This document shows, in pieces, positions 8,073 through 16,721 of a stretch of 64,000 nt of DNA; within the stretch, counting starts at the first letter, position 1, and each line of letters starts with the position of its first letter. The notes beneath the pieces were generated by a model that ran no database searches, was not told the DNA's origin, and was given only the letters and a program-made list of their open reading frames with translations. Location: NCBI GenBank assembly GCA_965207885.1, contig OZ242311.1, positions 3,232,001 through 3,296,000 on the forward strand. Reading direction: 5' to 3'. Position numbers and translations under genes: made by a program. The stretch comes from Candidatus Latescibacterota bacterium (GTDB lineage Bacteria; Latescibacterota; UBA2968).

Positions 8073-10052
8073 ATGGCCATACAAACAGACATATCCAGAG
8101 AAACCCATCCCGATGCACAGGATCGAGGGATCACGGTACGCGCAGTCATGCTCGGTATCTTGACCATTGCCCTCATGACGATCTACATCACGCATTTTGC
8201 GTGGAACATGATCAAAAACTACATGCCCGTATCGGCTCTGATCCCCTTTGTCGCCTGGGTCGGCATCAACGCCATACTCAAACTCGTCGCGCCAAAACGC
8301 GCCTTATCGCGCACGGAAATGTTGACCATCTTCTTCATGGTCTGGCTCGTGGGCAACCTGCCCACGACGGGTTGGGCGGGCTATCTCCTGGGCAACATCT
8401 CTGCTCCGGTACACCTCGCATCGCCCGAAAACCGCGTGGGCGATGTCATTGCCCCCCTGCTGCCCGACTGGCTCTTTATGCAAAAATCGCCCGTGGTCAT
8501 CGGACAACTCTACGGGGGATTAGAACCCAACACATCTATTCCCTGGCAACCGTGGATCCGCCCTCTCTTCTGGTGGACTGCCGCCTGTTTATCCGTGGTC
8601 ATGGCAGGCTTTTTCTGCAGCGTCTTATTCTTCAAACAGTGGCACGAAAAAGAGCGTCTCACCTTTCCTATGGCTACCTTCCCCACCGAAATGTTGCGAG
8701 AAGAACCCGGCTATCGCCTACCCGTCGTCTTTCACGCCCCCCTATTTTGGGTGGGGTTTGGCATTTCGACCTTTGTGATCTGCTGGAATATCGCGGGTTA
8801 TTTTGTCCACACCCTGCCGCATATTCCCATCTATGATCTCGCTGGACAAATGGCGATAAACATCGGCTATCACTATCCAAGATATTTTTTACGCATGCAG
8901 CCCCTGATAATGGGTCTGGCATATTTGTGTCCGCTCGACTTGCTCTTCAGCTTCTGGTTCTACAACGTCCTAAATATTATCAAAGAGGGGCTGATGAACC
9001 AAACTGGCATCACAGTGGGACTACAGGGACAGCAAGCGACACCGGCAGAAATACTCAGCTTCGAATCCCACGGCGCACTCGTTTTTCTCGTCGCCTGGTC
9101 ATTATGGGTATCGCGCAAACACCTCAAAAACACCCTCGAATGTGCGCTGATGAGCAACAGAGCTGCAGACGATGGAACACCAGTCACCTATCGAACTGCC
9201 TGGCTCGGCCTCGCGGCTTCGGTCATATTCCTCGCGGGCTGGTGTCTGGCCGCAGGCATGGAACTGTGGGCAACCATAGTGCAACTCATCTTGATGTTCA
9301 TCACGCTATTCGGCGTTGCCAAATACGCCGCAGCAACCGGATTCACCTTTTTATCCCCCGGAAGTACCGGCGGACTGGGTGCCGATAAGGGAGGCAATGT
9401 GTGGATGCAGATGGGTGGCACGGCCAACATGTCGCCCGGCACACTCACGACAATCTGGATGATCAACCGCAATGGCTTTGCCGGCATGCCCATTCGCCTC
9501 ACCGCCACCATGTCTGTCCCCCACTATTTTCGCATGCTGGGTAACCACCTCAAGCGGCACCCCATGGTCTGGGCTATTATCCCCATCGCCTACATCACGG
9601 GCTGTATCACAACCGCCACAGATTCGCTGTATCGCAGCTACATGGACGGCGGAATGAACGGACCACTCTATTTGGGCGACTGGAACCATCTCGTGCGCCT
9701 GGTCCCTTATGTAGAAGGCTCGACAATACTCTACTTCGACATCGAAAAGCTGGGCGTGTGGCTCTGGGGATTTGCGATAGCTGGTTTTTTGACTTACATA
9801 CGCACGCGCTTTTCGTGGTGGCCTTTTAATCCCGTAGCCATCGCCTTTCCCACGCGGCGCTATGGTTTTAGCCTGCTCGTTGTGTGGGCGACCAAAGCAC
9901 TCATCATGCGCTTTGGCGGCGTTGCGCTCTACCGCAAATCCCTGCCTTTCTGGTATGGCCTCATGATCGGCTACTTATTGGGCGTTGGCATCTCTACAGG
10001 CGTTGATGCCATCTGGTTTCCCGACGCAGGCCATATTGTGCATGGGTGGTGA
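8073..10052 (+). CDS. Polytopic membrane protein, DUF6785/DUF6784-like putative transporter
   Basis: 659 aa, many TM segments; QWHEKERLTFP, WWPFNPVA, RFGGVALYRK..PFW motifs. Confidence 0.7.
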   Translation: MAIQTDISRETHPDAQDRGITVRAVMLGILTIALMTIYITHFAWNMIKNYMPVSALIPFVAWVGINAILKLVAPKRALSRTEMLTIFFMVWLVGNLPTTGWAGYLLGNISAPVHLASPENRVGDVIAPLLPDWLFMQKSPVVIGQLYGGLEPNTSIPWQPWIRPLFWWTAACLSVVMAGFFCSVLFFKQWHEKERLTFPMATFPTEMLREEPGYRLPVVFHAPLFWVGFGISTFVICWNIAGYFVHTLPHIPIYDLAGQMAINIGYHYPRYFLRMQPLIMGLAYLCPLDLLFSFWFYNVLNIIKEGLMNQTGITVGLQGQQATPAEILSFESHGALVFLVAWSLWVSRKHLKNTLECALMSNRAADDGTPVTYRTAWLGLAASVIFLAGWCLAAGMELWATIVQLILMFITLFGVAKYAAATGFTFLSPGSTGGLGADKGGNVWMQMGGTANMSPGTLTTIWMINRNGFAGMPIRLTATMSVPHYFRMLGNHLKRHPMVWAIIPIAYITGCITTATDSLYRSYMDGGMNGPLYLGDWNHLVRLVPYVEGSTILYFDIEKLGVWLWGFAIAGFLTYIRTRFSWWPFNPVAIAFPTRRYGFSLLVVWATKALIMRFGGVALYRKSLPFWYGLMIGYLLGVGISTGVDAIWFPDAGHIVHGW

Positions 10053-10080
10053 GGAGCGATCAGCTTGTATTCTTCTTTAT

Positions 10081-11457
10081 CTATTCGTCCATCATTGCCT
10101 CGATCCTCGCCCGATAGCTCTCATTCTCTTCAGGCCATTCCACAATCTCTGAATCTGGCGCATTATTCTCGGGCAACCACTGCACCAGAAGTTCTTTGAC
10201 CTCGCGCAGTCCCGGACTGTGCGCCAGATTTTCCCACTCCATCTCGTCATGTCTGTGATCGTAAAGCTCTTCTGACCCATCTGCATAGCGGATATATCGC
10301 CATCGCTCAGACCGTATGGCATGATTGCCACGCCCGTGTGTGGTGATTGCGGGAAAGGGCCAGTTGCGATTGGGATTTTCCATCAGAGGCACCAGACTTC
10401 GGCCTTCCAACCCTGTACGATCAGACAAGCCGCACAACGCAATCAGCGTGGGATAAATATCGATCAATCCCACTGGCTTTGAACAGGTGCCGGGCGAATA
10501 ACCTGGGGCTGAAATAAGCAAGGGCACGCGCGAGGCTTCTTCCCACAATGTGCTCTTTTTCCAGTGGCTTTTTTCGCCCAAATGCCACCCGTGATCTGCC
10601 CACAAAACAATTGCTGTATTCTCTGCATAAGCACTCGCATCCAGTGCATCTATCAATCGTCCAATTTGCGTATCCACAAAACTGATACACGCCAGGTAAC
10701 ACCGAATCGCTTCTTTCCATTGGCCTGCTTCTACGATACGCGCATGCGGTTTTTGATTTGCCCATCGCTGCGCGATTTCGGGAACATCGCCCAGATCATT
10801 CTCCACTGTCTCTGGTAGATGGAGATCATTCAGGTCATAAGCTTCGACATATTTCCTCGGCACATGCCACATCAGATGTGGCAGCTTAAACCCACACGTC
10901 AAAAAGAAGGGTTTTTCGTGTCTCGCCTGCAATTGCTCAACACAATAACTCACAGCTTTGTAATCCTGCATATCTTCATCAGCAACATCCATCGGACCCC
11001 AGTCCAGATTGCCCATACCCGCCATGCCATTTACGGGATGATGATCGGGTCCCGCGCCGGAATGTGACTGATTAAACAAACTCGGCACATAAGAATCCCA
11101 CGACATTGGATCGGGAAATTTGCCGTGATACACCTTGCCACTACCCGTTGTGAAATAGCCATTTTGCCGAAAGTGCTGCGGCAGTGTCACGCAATTTTTT
11201 CCTGCTTCCGAAAATCTGAGCGGCTGTCGATTATTATAAACACCCGTAGTAGATGGGCGCAACCCACTCATCAAACTCGCCCGAGACGGGTTGCAAATCG
11301 GCGCCTGACAATACGCGCGTTCAAATACTGTACATCGCTCGGCCAACCGATTAAAATGAGGTGTCACAGCATTTGGGGCGCGATCTAAAAACCCCACATA
11401 GTGATTTAAATCATCAAACGAAATGAACAACACATTTGGTCGATCTTCTTGTACCAT
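10081..11457 (-). CDS. Cys-type sulfatase (iduronate-2-sulfatase/choline sulfatase-like)
   Basis: PNVLFISFDDL, CNPSRASLMSG (CxPxR), GKVYH, WADHGWHLGEK motifs; start at ATG 11457 with a GAGG RBS. Confidence 0.92.
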   Translation of the reverse strand: MVQEDRPNVLFISFDDLNHYVGFLDRAPNAVTPHFNRLAERCTVFERAYCQAPICNPSRASLMSGLRPSTTGVYNNRQPLRFSEAGKNCVTLPQHFRQNGYFTTGSGKVYHGKFPDPMSWDSYVPSLFNQSHSGAGPDHHPVNGMAGMGNLDWGPMDVADEDMQDYKAVSYCVEQLQARHEKPFFLTCGFKLPHLMWHVPRKYVEAYDLNDLHLPETVENDLGDVPEIAQRWANQKPHARIVEAGQWKEAIRCYLACISFVDTQIGRLIDALDASAYAENTAIVLWADHGWHLGEKSHWKKSTLWEEASRVPLLISAPGYSPGTCSKPVGLIDIYPTLIALCGLSDRTGLEGRSLVPLMENPNRNWPFPAITTHGRGNHAIRSERWRYIRYADGSEELYDHRHDEMEWENLAHSPGLREVKELLVQWLPENNAPDSEIVEWPEENESYRARIEAMMDE

Positions 11458-11565
11458 ATTCTCACCTCTCAATAATTTGGACACTTTTTCAGAATAGCCA
11501 CAGAAAGCACAAACTTTCAGACGCTCAAATTATTCGCGTCTTCTTGTACCATATTCTCATCTCTC
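11444..11565. repeat. 27-bp direct repeat (1 mismatch) flanking a 68-bp insert that has 9-bp inverted ends
   Basis: TCTTCTTGTACCATATTCTCA(C/T)CTCTC at 11444-11470 and 11539-11565; AATAATTTG at 11471-11479 and CAAATTATT at 11526-11534. Confidence 0.85.
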
Positions 11566-11599
11566 GCATATAGGTTTGATATACCGCCTAATTTTTAAG

Positions 11600-11627
11600 T
11601 TTGCCTTTTGCCTTTTACCTTTTACCT
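11600..11627 (+). repeat. Tandem heptamer repeat (TTTRCCT) x4
   Basis: tttgcct tttgcct tttacct tttacct, read directly from the sequence. Confidence 0.85.
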
Positions 11628-11666
11628 TTTTTACGCCTTGTTGGACAAACTACAGGAGGTCCTCCG

Positions 11667-12677
11667 ATGAACGCGATTGCCGTGATAGGAACGGGCTATA
11701 TCGGTGGCGAACACATCAAAGCCATCTCAGCACATCTCAATGCACATTTGCGAACGATATGTACAACGCCACGCAGCGAACATATCGCAAGAGATCTGCA
11801 AGCGACATACGGCACAGATAAAATATCGACAGAGTACGAAAATGTCCTATCCGATTCCGAAATTGACATCATTTATCTCTGCACGCCCAACTCTCAACAC
11901 GTAGATCAAGCCGTCGCCGCGCTCGATGCGGGCAAGCACGTCTTTGTGGAAAAACCCCTCGCGGTTACAGTTGAAGACTGTCAAAAAATCGTCGATGCAG
12001 CCAAACGATCCGGGCGACAAGTTATGGTTGGTCACGGCGCGCGATTTAGCAACATATTTGAAACCATTTACCACCTCGTTCACAACGGCACGCTGGGAGA
12101 AGCCTGTTTTGTGGAAGGTGACTACATCCACGACCTCAAACCCTTCTTGCCTCTGCCCGGTCACGACTGGTGGATGGATACGGAAAAAGAAGGCCAACTG
12201 CCCATTATCGGTGGGGCCTGCCATCCCCTGGACCTCATGCGATGGCTCGCCGGAGAAATCGTTGAAGTTAGCGCGTATGGCGTAAACAAAAATATTCCCG
12301 ATGCGCCCTGGTACGACACGGTTATCTCAAACTTAAAATTTGAATCCGGTGCCCTGGGCAAATGCCTGGTCTCTTGCGGCGCAGAAATTCCCTATAACCT
12401 CAACTTTAGCTACCACGGCACAAGAGGCTCTATTCACAACAACAAACTCTTCATCGGCGGTATGCCCCACGTCGAAGAATGGTCTGAACTCCCAATTGAA
12501 ATTCGCGCAGAAGACCATACGTGCCTCCAGGAACTCGACCACTTTCTATCCTGCATTGAGCGAGGCGTAAAACCGCTTATCGACGAGATTGACGGTGCGA
12601 GGTCAGTCGCCGTATGCTGCGCCATCATTGAATCCATCGAAAACAATCGCCCGGCAACCGTATTCCTGGATTTTTAA
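11667..12677 (+). CDS. Gfo/Idh/MocA family oxidoreductase
   Basis: AVIGTGYIG, CTPNSQH, GKHVFVEKP motifs; RBS AGGAGG before ATG 11667. Confidence 0.92.
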   Translation: MNAIAVIGTGYIGGEHIKAISAHLNAHLRTICTTPRSEHIARDLQATYGTDKISTEYENVLSDSEIDIIYLCTPNSQHVDQAVAALDAGKHVFVEKPLAVTVEDCQKIVDAAKRSGRQVMVGHGARFSNIFETIYHLVHNGTLGEACFVEGDYIHDLKPFLPLPGHDWWMDTEKEGQLPIIGGACHPLDLMRWLAGEIVEVSAYGVNKNIPDAPWYDTVISNLKFESGALGKCLVSCGAEIPYNLNFSYHGTRGSIHNNKLFIGGMPHVEEWSELPIEIRAEDHTCLQELDHFLSCIERGVKPLIDEIDGARSVAVCCAIIESIENNRPATVFLDF

Positions 12678-12680
12678 ACT

Positions 12681-13184
12681 ATGAATAATCGCACAAGCAG
12701 CATCCGCATGCACCGCTCTCTCAGCCATCCACTTCCCGAATACACTGAGCCTGAAGGCTTCACAATTCGTGTGCTTCAGCCCGGAGAAGAAGAAGAATGG
12801 ATTCGCATGAAAAATGAAGCTTTTGGCGAAGAAGGCGGAAAACCCTGGACCATCGACAATTTTCACTCCACATTCACCCGCGAACAGTGTTGCGACTACA
12901 ATCGCATCTTTGTCGGCCTCAAAGGCGATTATATGGTAGCAACTGCCAGCGCGTGGGAAGCCCATTACGGAGGAAAAACAGTTGGCCTTATCCACTGGGT
13001 TGGTACCGACCCCAAATACCGAGGACATGGACTCGGTTATGCCATCTCACTTCTCGCCCTCAAAGAACTCGTTGCCCGCGGATATGCCGACGCCTATCTC
13101 AACACAGCCCTCTGGCGTGAACCCGCTGTGCGCCTCTACAAACGCCTGGGCTTTCGCATCACCCCAAAAACCGAAGACACCTGA
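12681..13184 (+). CDS. GNAT family N-acetyltransferase
   Basis: VGTDPKYRGHGLG acetyl-CoA motif; AVRLYKRLGF. Confidence 0.9.
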   Translation: MNNRTSSIRMHRSLSHPLPEYTEPEGFTIRVLQPGEEEEWIRMKNEAFGEEGGKPWTIDNFHSTFTREQCCDYNRIFVGLKGDYMVATASAWEAHYGGKTVGLIHWVGTDPKYRGHGLGYAISLLALKELVARGYADAYLNTALWREPAVRLYKRLGFRITPKTEDT

Positions 13185-13208
13185 TCCATCCAGTAAACGG
13201 AGAACGCG

Positions 13209-14201
13209 ATGAAAACTCCTATTCGCATTTTGCTCGTCGGTTGCGGGCGCATGGCTTTAGGCCATGCCAGCGGTTTGGAATCCCTGGGAGAACTCGGCGT
13301 CATTATCGCCGGTGTTGATCCGTCCGAAGACGCACGCAATAATCTAAAAACCCAATATGGTGTGTCAACTACCTTTGACAACCTCGACGACGCGCTTGCA
13401 AACGTGAAAGCAGATGCTGCAATTATTGCCGTGCCCAACTTCCTGCACCGCGATTACACCATTGCCTGTCTCGAAAGAGGATTACACACCCTCATCGAAA
13501 AACCCATGGCGCTTACCCTCGCAGATGTCGATGACATGATCGCTACCGCCGAAGCAAAAGGCAAATTGCTCATGTCTGGACAGAGCCAGCGTTTTTCAAA
13601 AACGATTCGCCAGGTCAAAAAGCTACTCGAAGAAAAAGCTGTGGGAAAAATTCGCCACGTCATCCACCGCAGACTTGGATCGGGTCGCGGCGGCGACGAA
13701 AATAGCTGGTTTGCGCGTCAGGAATTGTCGGGCGGCATTCTACCCGGCATTGGCGTCCACTCGCTCGATGTACTCTTATGGTGGATAGACGAAAAAGCCG
13801 TATCCGTCTCGGCAATCGTGCAAAATATCGATCCACACCCCGATATCGACATTGAAGACGAAGTCTCTCTCATCGCCACAACAGAAAGCAATGCCATCCT
13901 CAACTGCGCCCTCTCATTTCACCATCGTGCAGGCACGGAATGGACCGTAATGGGCGATGAAGGCGTCATTCACCTCAACGGCACCAGCGGACCTTTATTG
14001 CTCAATAGCAAAGAACAGCACATACCCGAAACCGTTCACCTCGCAGGCGAGCCCACCATTCACCTCGAATTTCTCACAGCCATCCGCGACAATCGCCAAC
14101 TCGCGCAAGCATCAGCGCAAGATGTACGCAAAACAATGGCACTCATCTTTGCGGCAATGAAATCGGGAAAAACTGGAAAAACTGTATCCGTTTCCAGATA
14201 G
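13209..14201 (+). CDS. Gfo/Idh/MocA family oxidoreductase
   Basis: LVGCGRMA, AVPNFLH, IEKPMA, GVHSLD motifs. Confidence 0.92.
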   Translation: MKTPIRILLVGCGRMALGHASGLESLGELGVIIAGVDPSEDARNNLKTQYGVSTTFDNLDDALANVKADAAIIAVPNFLHRDYTIACLERGLHTLIEKPMALTLADVDDMIATAEAKGKLLMSGQSQRFSKTIRQVKKLLEEKAVGKIRHVIHRRLGSGRGGDENSWFARQELSGGILPGIGVHSLDVLLWWIDEKAVSVSAIVQNIDPHPDIDIEDEVSLIATTESNAILNCALSFHHRAGTEWTVMGDEGVIHLNGTSGPLLLNSKEQHIPETVHLAGEPTIHLEFLTAIRDNRQLAQASAQDVRKTMALIFAAMKSGKTGKTVSVSR

Positions 14202-14221
14202 CGCTCTGGTCTCCAAATGGC

Positions 14222-15682
14222 CTATTGCCTCATCGCCCGCCATCTCGCTGTGCCGTATTCGCGCTGATTCAACGGCCCGGGTGCAGACTGTCCCGAACTG
14301 CCCATTTCAACTTCGCCGCGCATTTCGTCCCCCGACACTGTGCCCACAAACCGATAAGACAGATGGGTTCCCTCAAACCGATGCTGGCTCGTAAATGCGA
14401 TTTTATCTCCATTCACCGAGCCTTTCAATGAATTTTTTAGCCAGCGCGTCTGGTGAGTACCCGTTAAAACGCCAGCAAGCTGCTCGATATCCACGCGATG
14501 ACGCGCTGTTTTTCTAACCAGCGCGATTTCAATTTCCCAGGCACCCGACACATCAACGGATTTTTGCACCTTTTCTTTCGAGGGCAAAGGCGCGTGGGAT
14601 AATGCATCGCGAATATGCCTGCCAACAATATCTGCCTCCCCAGGTTGTAGCGAAAATGGCAAAATAAAAATAGACGTATCTGTCGCCCCTCGATCATCCA
14701 GCATAATGCGTGGATCACCGCACAAAAGTTGTTCGCGCAATTCAAGACCAGTCAGGCCAATGCTATCACCATCCCAACGGATTTCCAACCTGGGAACATC
14801 CGACTGATCAGACGCGAGAATTTCTGCTTCTGTACCCAATAAACGCGTTACATGCCGCACAATCGTCTCGAGATCGGCAATCCAGCCCTCGTATTCCGAC
14901 TCGGGGTCGCGTCCCACCAGCAGATATTCTACGGCCGCTAAAATGCCCATAACTTCCTCTTTACCAATCTTCATTGCACGGCCAAGCGTGTGATGCGGTG
15001 CTGCGTGCACCCAGGCGGCCTCGACAAGGTCGCGATCGCCTAATAACAAGCCCGTAGGCTGAGGTCCGCGCAGGTATTTGCCCCCGCTATAAGCGACCAA
15101 ATTTGCTCCGCGACTGGTATATGGTTCGGGAGATTGGAGATGCTCCGACGCTGCATCGACCAGCACGGGGACACCTCTCGGACGCGCCATGTCAACAATC
15201 GCTTCAAGCGTCATATCCGCCTCCCAGGTCCCCAGCAAGGCGACCATGGCCACTTGTTCCCGATCGAGCACCGCATCCATTTCCCTGAGATTATCCACCT
15301 CCACGATTGTCACGCCCACCGAACGAATGGCGTGATCATAGGTAAATCGGCTTTCTCTGGGCATGACGACCTCGCGCTTCATCCCGCTCGTATCGGGCAA
15401 CCGAAACATCAACTCGGGATCGCCTCCCGTCACACAGGCTGCTGTCGCATGACACAGACATGCCGCCGCACCAGAGGCCACCATTCCCGACTCTGCACCC
15501 GTGAGCAAGGCCAAACGCTTACCCACCCCCGCCATGAGTTCATCCATATTGACAAAAAAGCGCGAAGCAGCCATCATCGCTTCGCGCACCTGCGGCAACA
15601 TCAGCGTCCCCCCGTGAATCGTTCGCGTACCACAGCAATTGATAAATGAACGAACGCCAATCAGTGAATAGGGATCCTGCAT
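14222..15682 (-). CDS. SelA-like PLP-dependent enzyme (DgaE-like) with a C-terminal beta-rich extension
   Basis: INCCGTRTIHGG, VDAAS, YSGGKYLRGPQPTG (PLP lysine) and GRAMKIGKEE motifs. Confidence 0.8.
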   Translation of the reverse strand: MQDPYSLIGVRSFINCCGTRTIHGGTLMLPQVREAMMAASRFFVNMDELMAGVGKRLALLTGAESGMVASGAAACLCHATAACVTGGDPELMFRLPDTSGMKREVVMPRESRFTYDHAIRSVGVTIVEVDNLREMDAVLDREQVAMVALLGTWEADMTLEAIVDMARPRGVPVLVDAASEHLQSPEPYTSRGANLVAYSGGKYLRGPQPTGLLLGDRDLVEAAWVHAAPHHTLGRAMKIGKEEVMGILAAVEYLLVGRDPESEYEGWIADLETIVRHVTRLLGTEAEILASDQSDVPRLEIRWDGDSIGLTGLELREQLLCGDPRIMLDDRGATDTSIFILPFSLQPGEADIVGRHIRDALSHAPLPSKEKVQKSVDVSGAWEIEIALVRKTARHRVDIEQLAGVLTGTHQTRWLKNSLKGSVNGDKIAFTSQHRFEGTHLSYRFVGTVSGDEMRGEVEMGSSGQSAPGPLNQREYGTARWRAMRQ

Positions 15683-15799
15683 CGTCAATCTCCTTTTTCA
15701 TTAAGCGATGAATCTCCACTTACTTTTGAATTGCGGTAAAGGACAATCGTATTAACTTAAGTAGCCCGCAGATCCTTTCCAACCTTATGAGAGGCAAAC

Positions 15800-16531
15800 A
15801 TGGCATACATCAAAAACTGGCGAGACCAGCAACCCGAAGTGGCGCACCTGAGCGCGATTCGCTGGCCGGGGTTAAGACAGAGAAATGCGACGCCCAAACA
15901 CGGTGAAGACGACTCCCCGCAGTTGCACAATATACAGGGCATCGTCAAACACGGACTTCAAGGGCGCAAAACCTCTGACCACCACAAACACCCCAAAACC
16001 GAACAGGCGTACTATATCATCAGCGGCAGCGGCGAAGTCCTCGTAGGAAAAGACCGCTTTGCCGTACGCCCCGGCGACGCCGTGTATTTGCCCGCGGATA
16101 TTTACCATCAGATGTTCAACGACATGAACGACGAATGGCTCGAACACCTCGTCCTCAGCAAAAATATCGACACCGAACCCGGAGGCGAATGTGTGATCCG
16201 CAACTGGGAAGACGTTTTACCCATAAGCGATGGCGCAGGCGCAATTCGCTGGCATCAACTCGGCCCTGCAGGCGAAGAAAACACAGGATGCTTAAAATCC
16301 ATTGCCTTCATCGACCGCGAAGCCGTACAACCCGGTCAGCAGAGCATTGAGCGATGTTACGACGGCATAGAACTCGGCTTCTGGATTCTCGAAAACAGGG
16401 GCATCCTCGTCACATCCGACGGTGAACAGCACATCACAGAAGGCGACGTGGTCCACATACCCTCCGGCATGTCCTATCACATCAAAAATCCCCACAGCGA
16501 ATGGTTTAGCTATATGATCATTGCCGGATGA
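15800..16531 (+). CDS. Tandem (bi)cupin domain protein
   Basis: HHKHPKTEQAYYIISGSG...PGDAVYLP...H cupin motif; a second, degenerate cupin (EGDVVHIPSGMSYHIKN). Confidence 0.85.
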   Translation: MAYIKNWRDQQPEVAHLSAIRWPGLRQRNATPKHGEDDSPQLHNIQGIVKHGLQGRKTSDHHKHPKTEQAYYIISGSGEVLVGKDRFAVRPGDAVYLPADIYHQMFNDMNDEWLEHLVLSKNIDTEPGGECVIRNWEDVLPISDGAGAIRWHQLGPAGEENTGCLKSIAFIDREAVQPGQQSIERCYDGIELGFWILENRGILVTSDGEQHITEGDVVHIPSGMSYHIKNPHSEWFSYMIIAG

Positions 16532-16546
16532 AAAGAAATGATGAGT

Positions 16547-16598
16547 AAAAAAAAGCCCCATCCAAGATCGTGCAAGCGATTTTAGACGGGGCTTCTTT
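16547..16598. terminator. Intrinsic terminator-like hairpin, possibly bidirectional
   Basis: A8-GCCCCATCCAAGATCG...CGATTTTAGACGGGGC-TTCTTT. Confidence 0.65.
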
Positions 16599-16721
16599 CA
16601 GTTGTCAGAAACGAATCAATGTCACCCCATATGATTAAAAGTTTTGGTGGATAATTTCGGAATAAAGCCTTAGATTTTGCAAATCAGTTCTAATATGATA
16701 TACGTGGAGATTCCTTATTAC

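Noticed and set aside
11444-11630. CRISPR array
   Set aside because: Only two repeat copies, the repeat is a gene start, and there are no cas genes.
14222-15682. True selenocysteine synthase selA
   Set aside because: No selB/selC/selD context; the motifs fit the DgaE-like subgroup.
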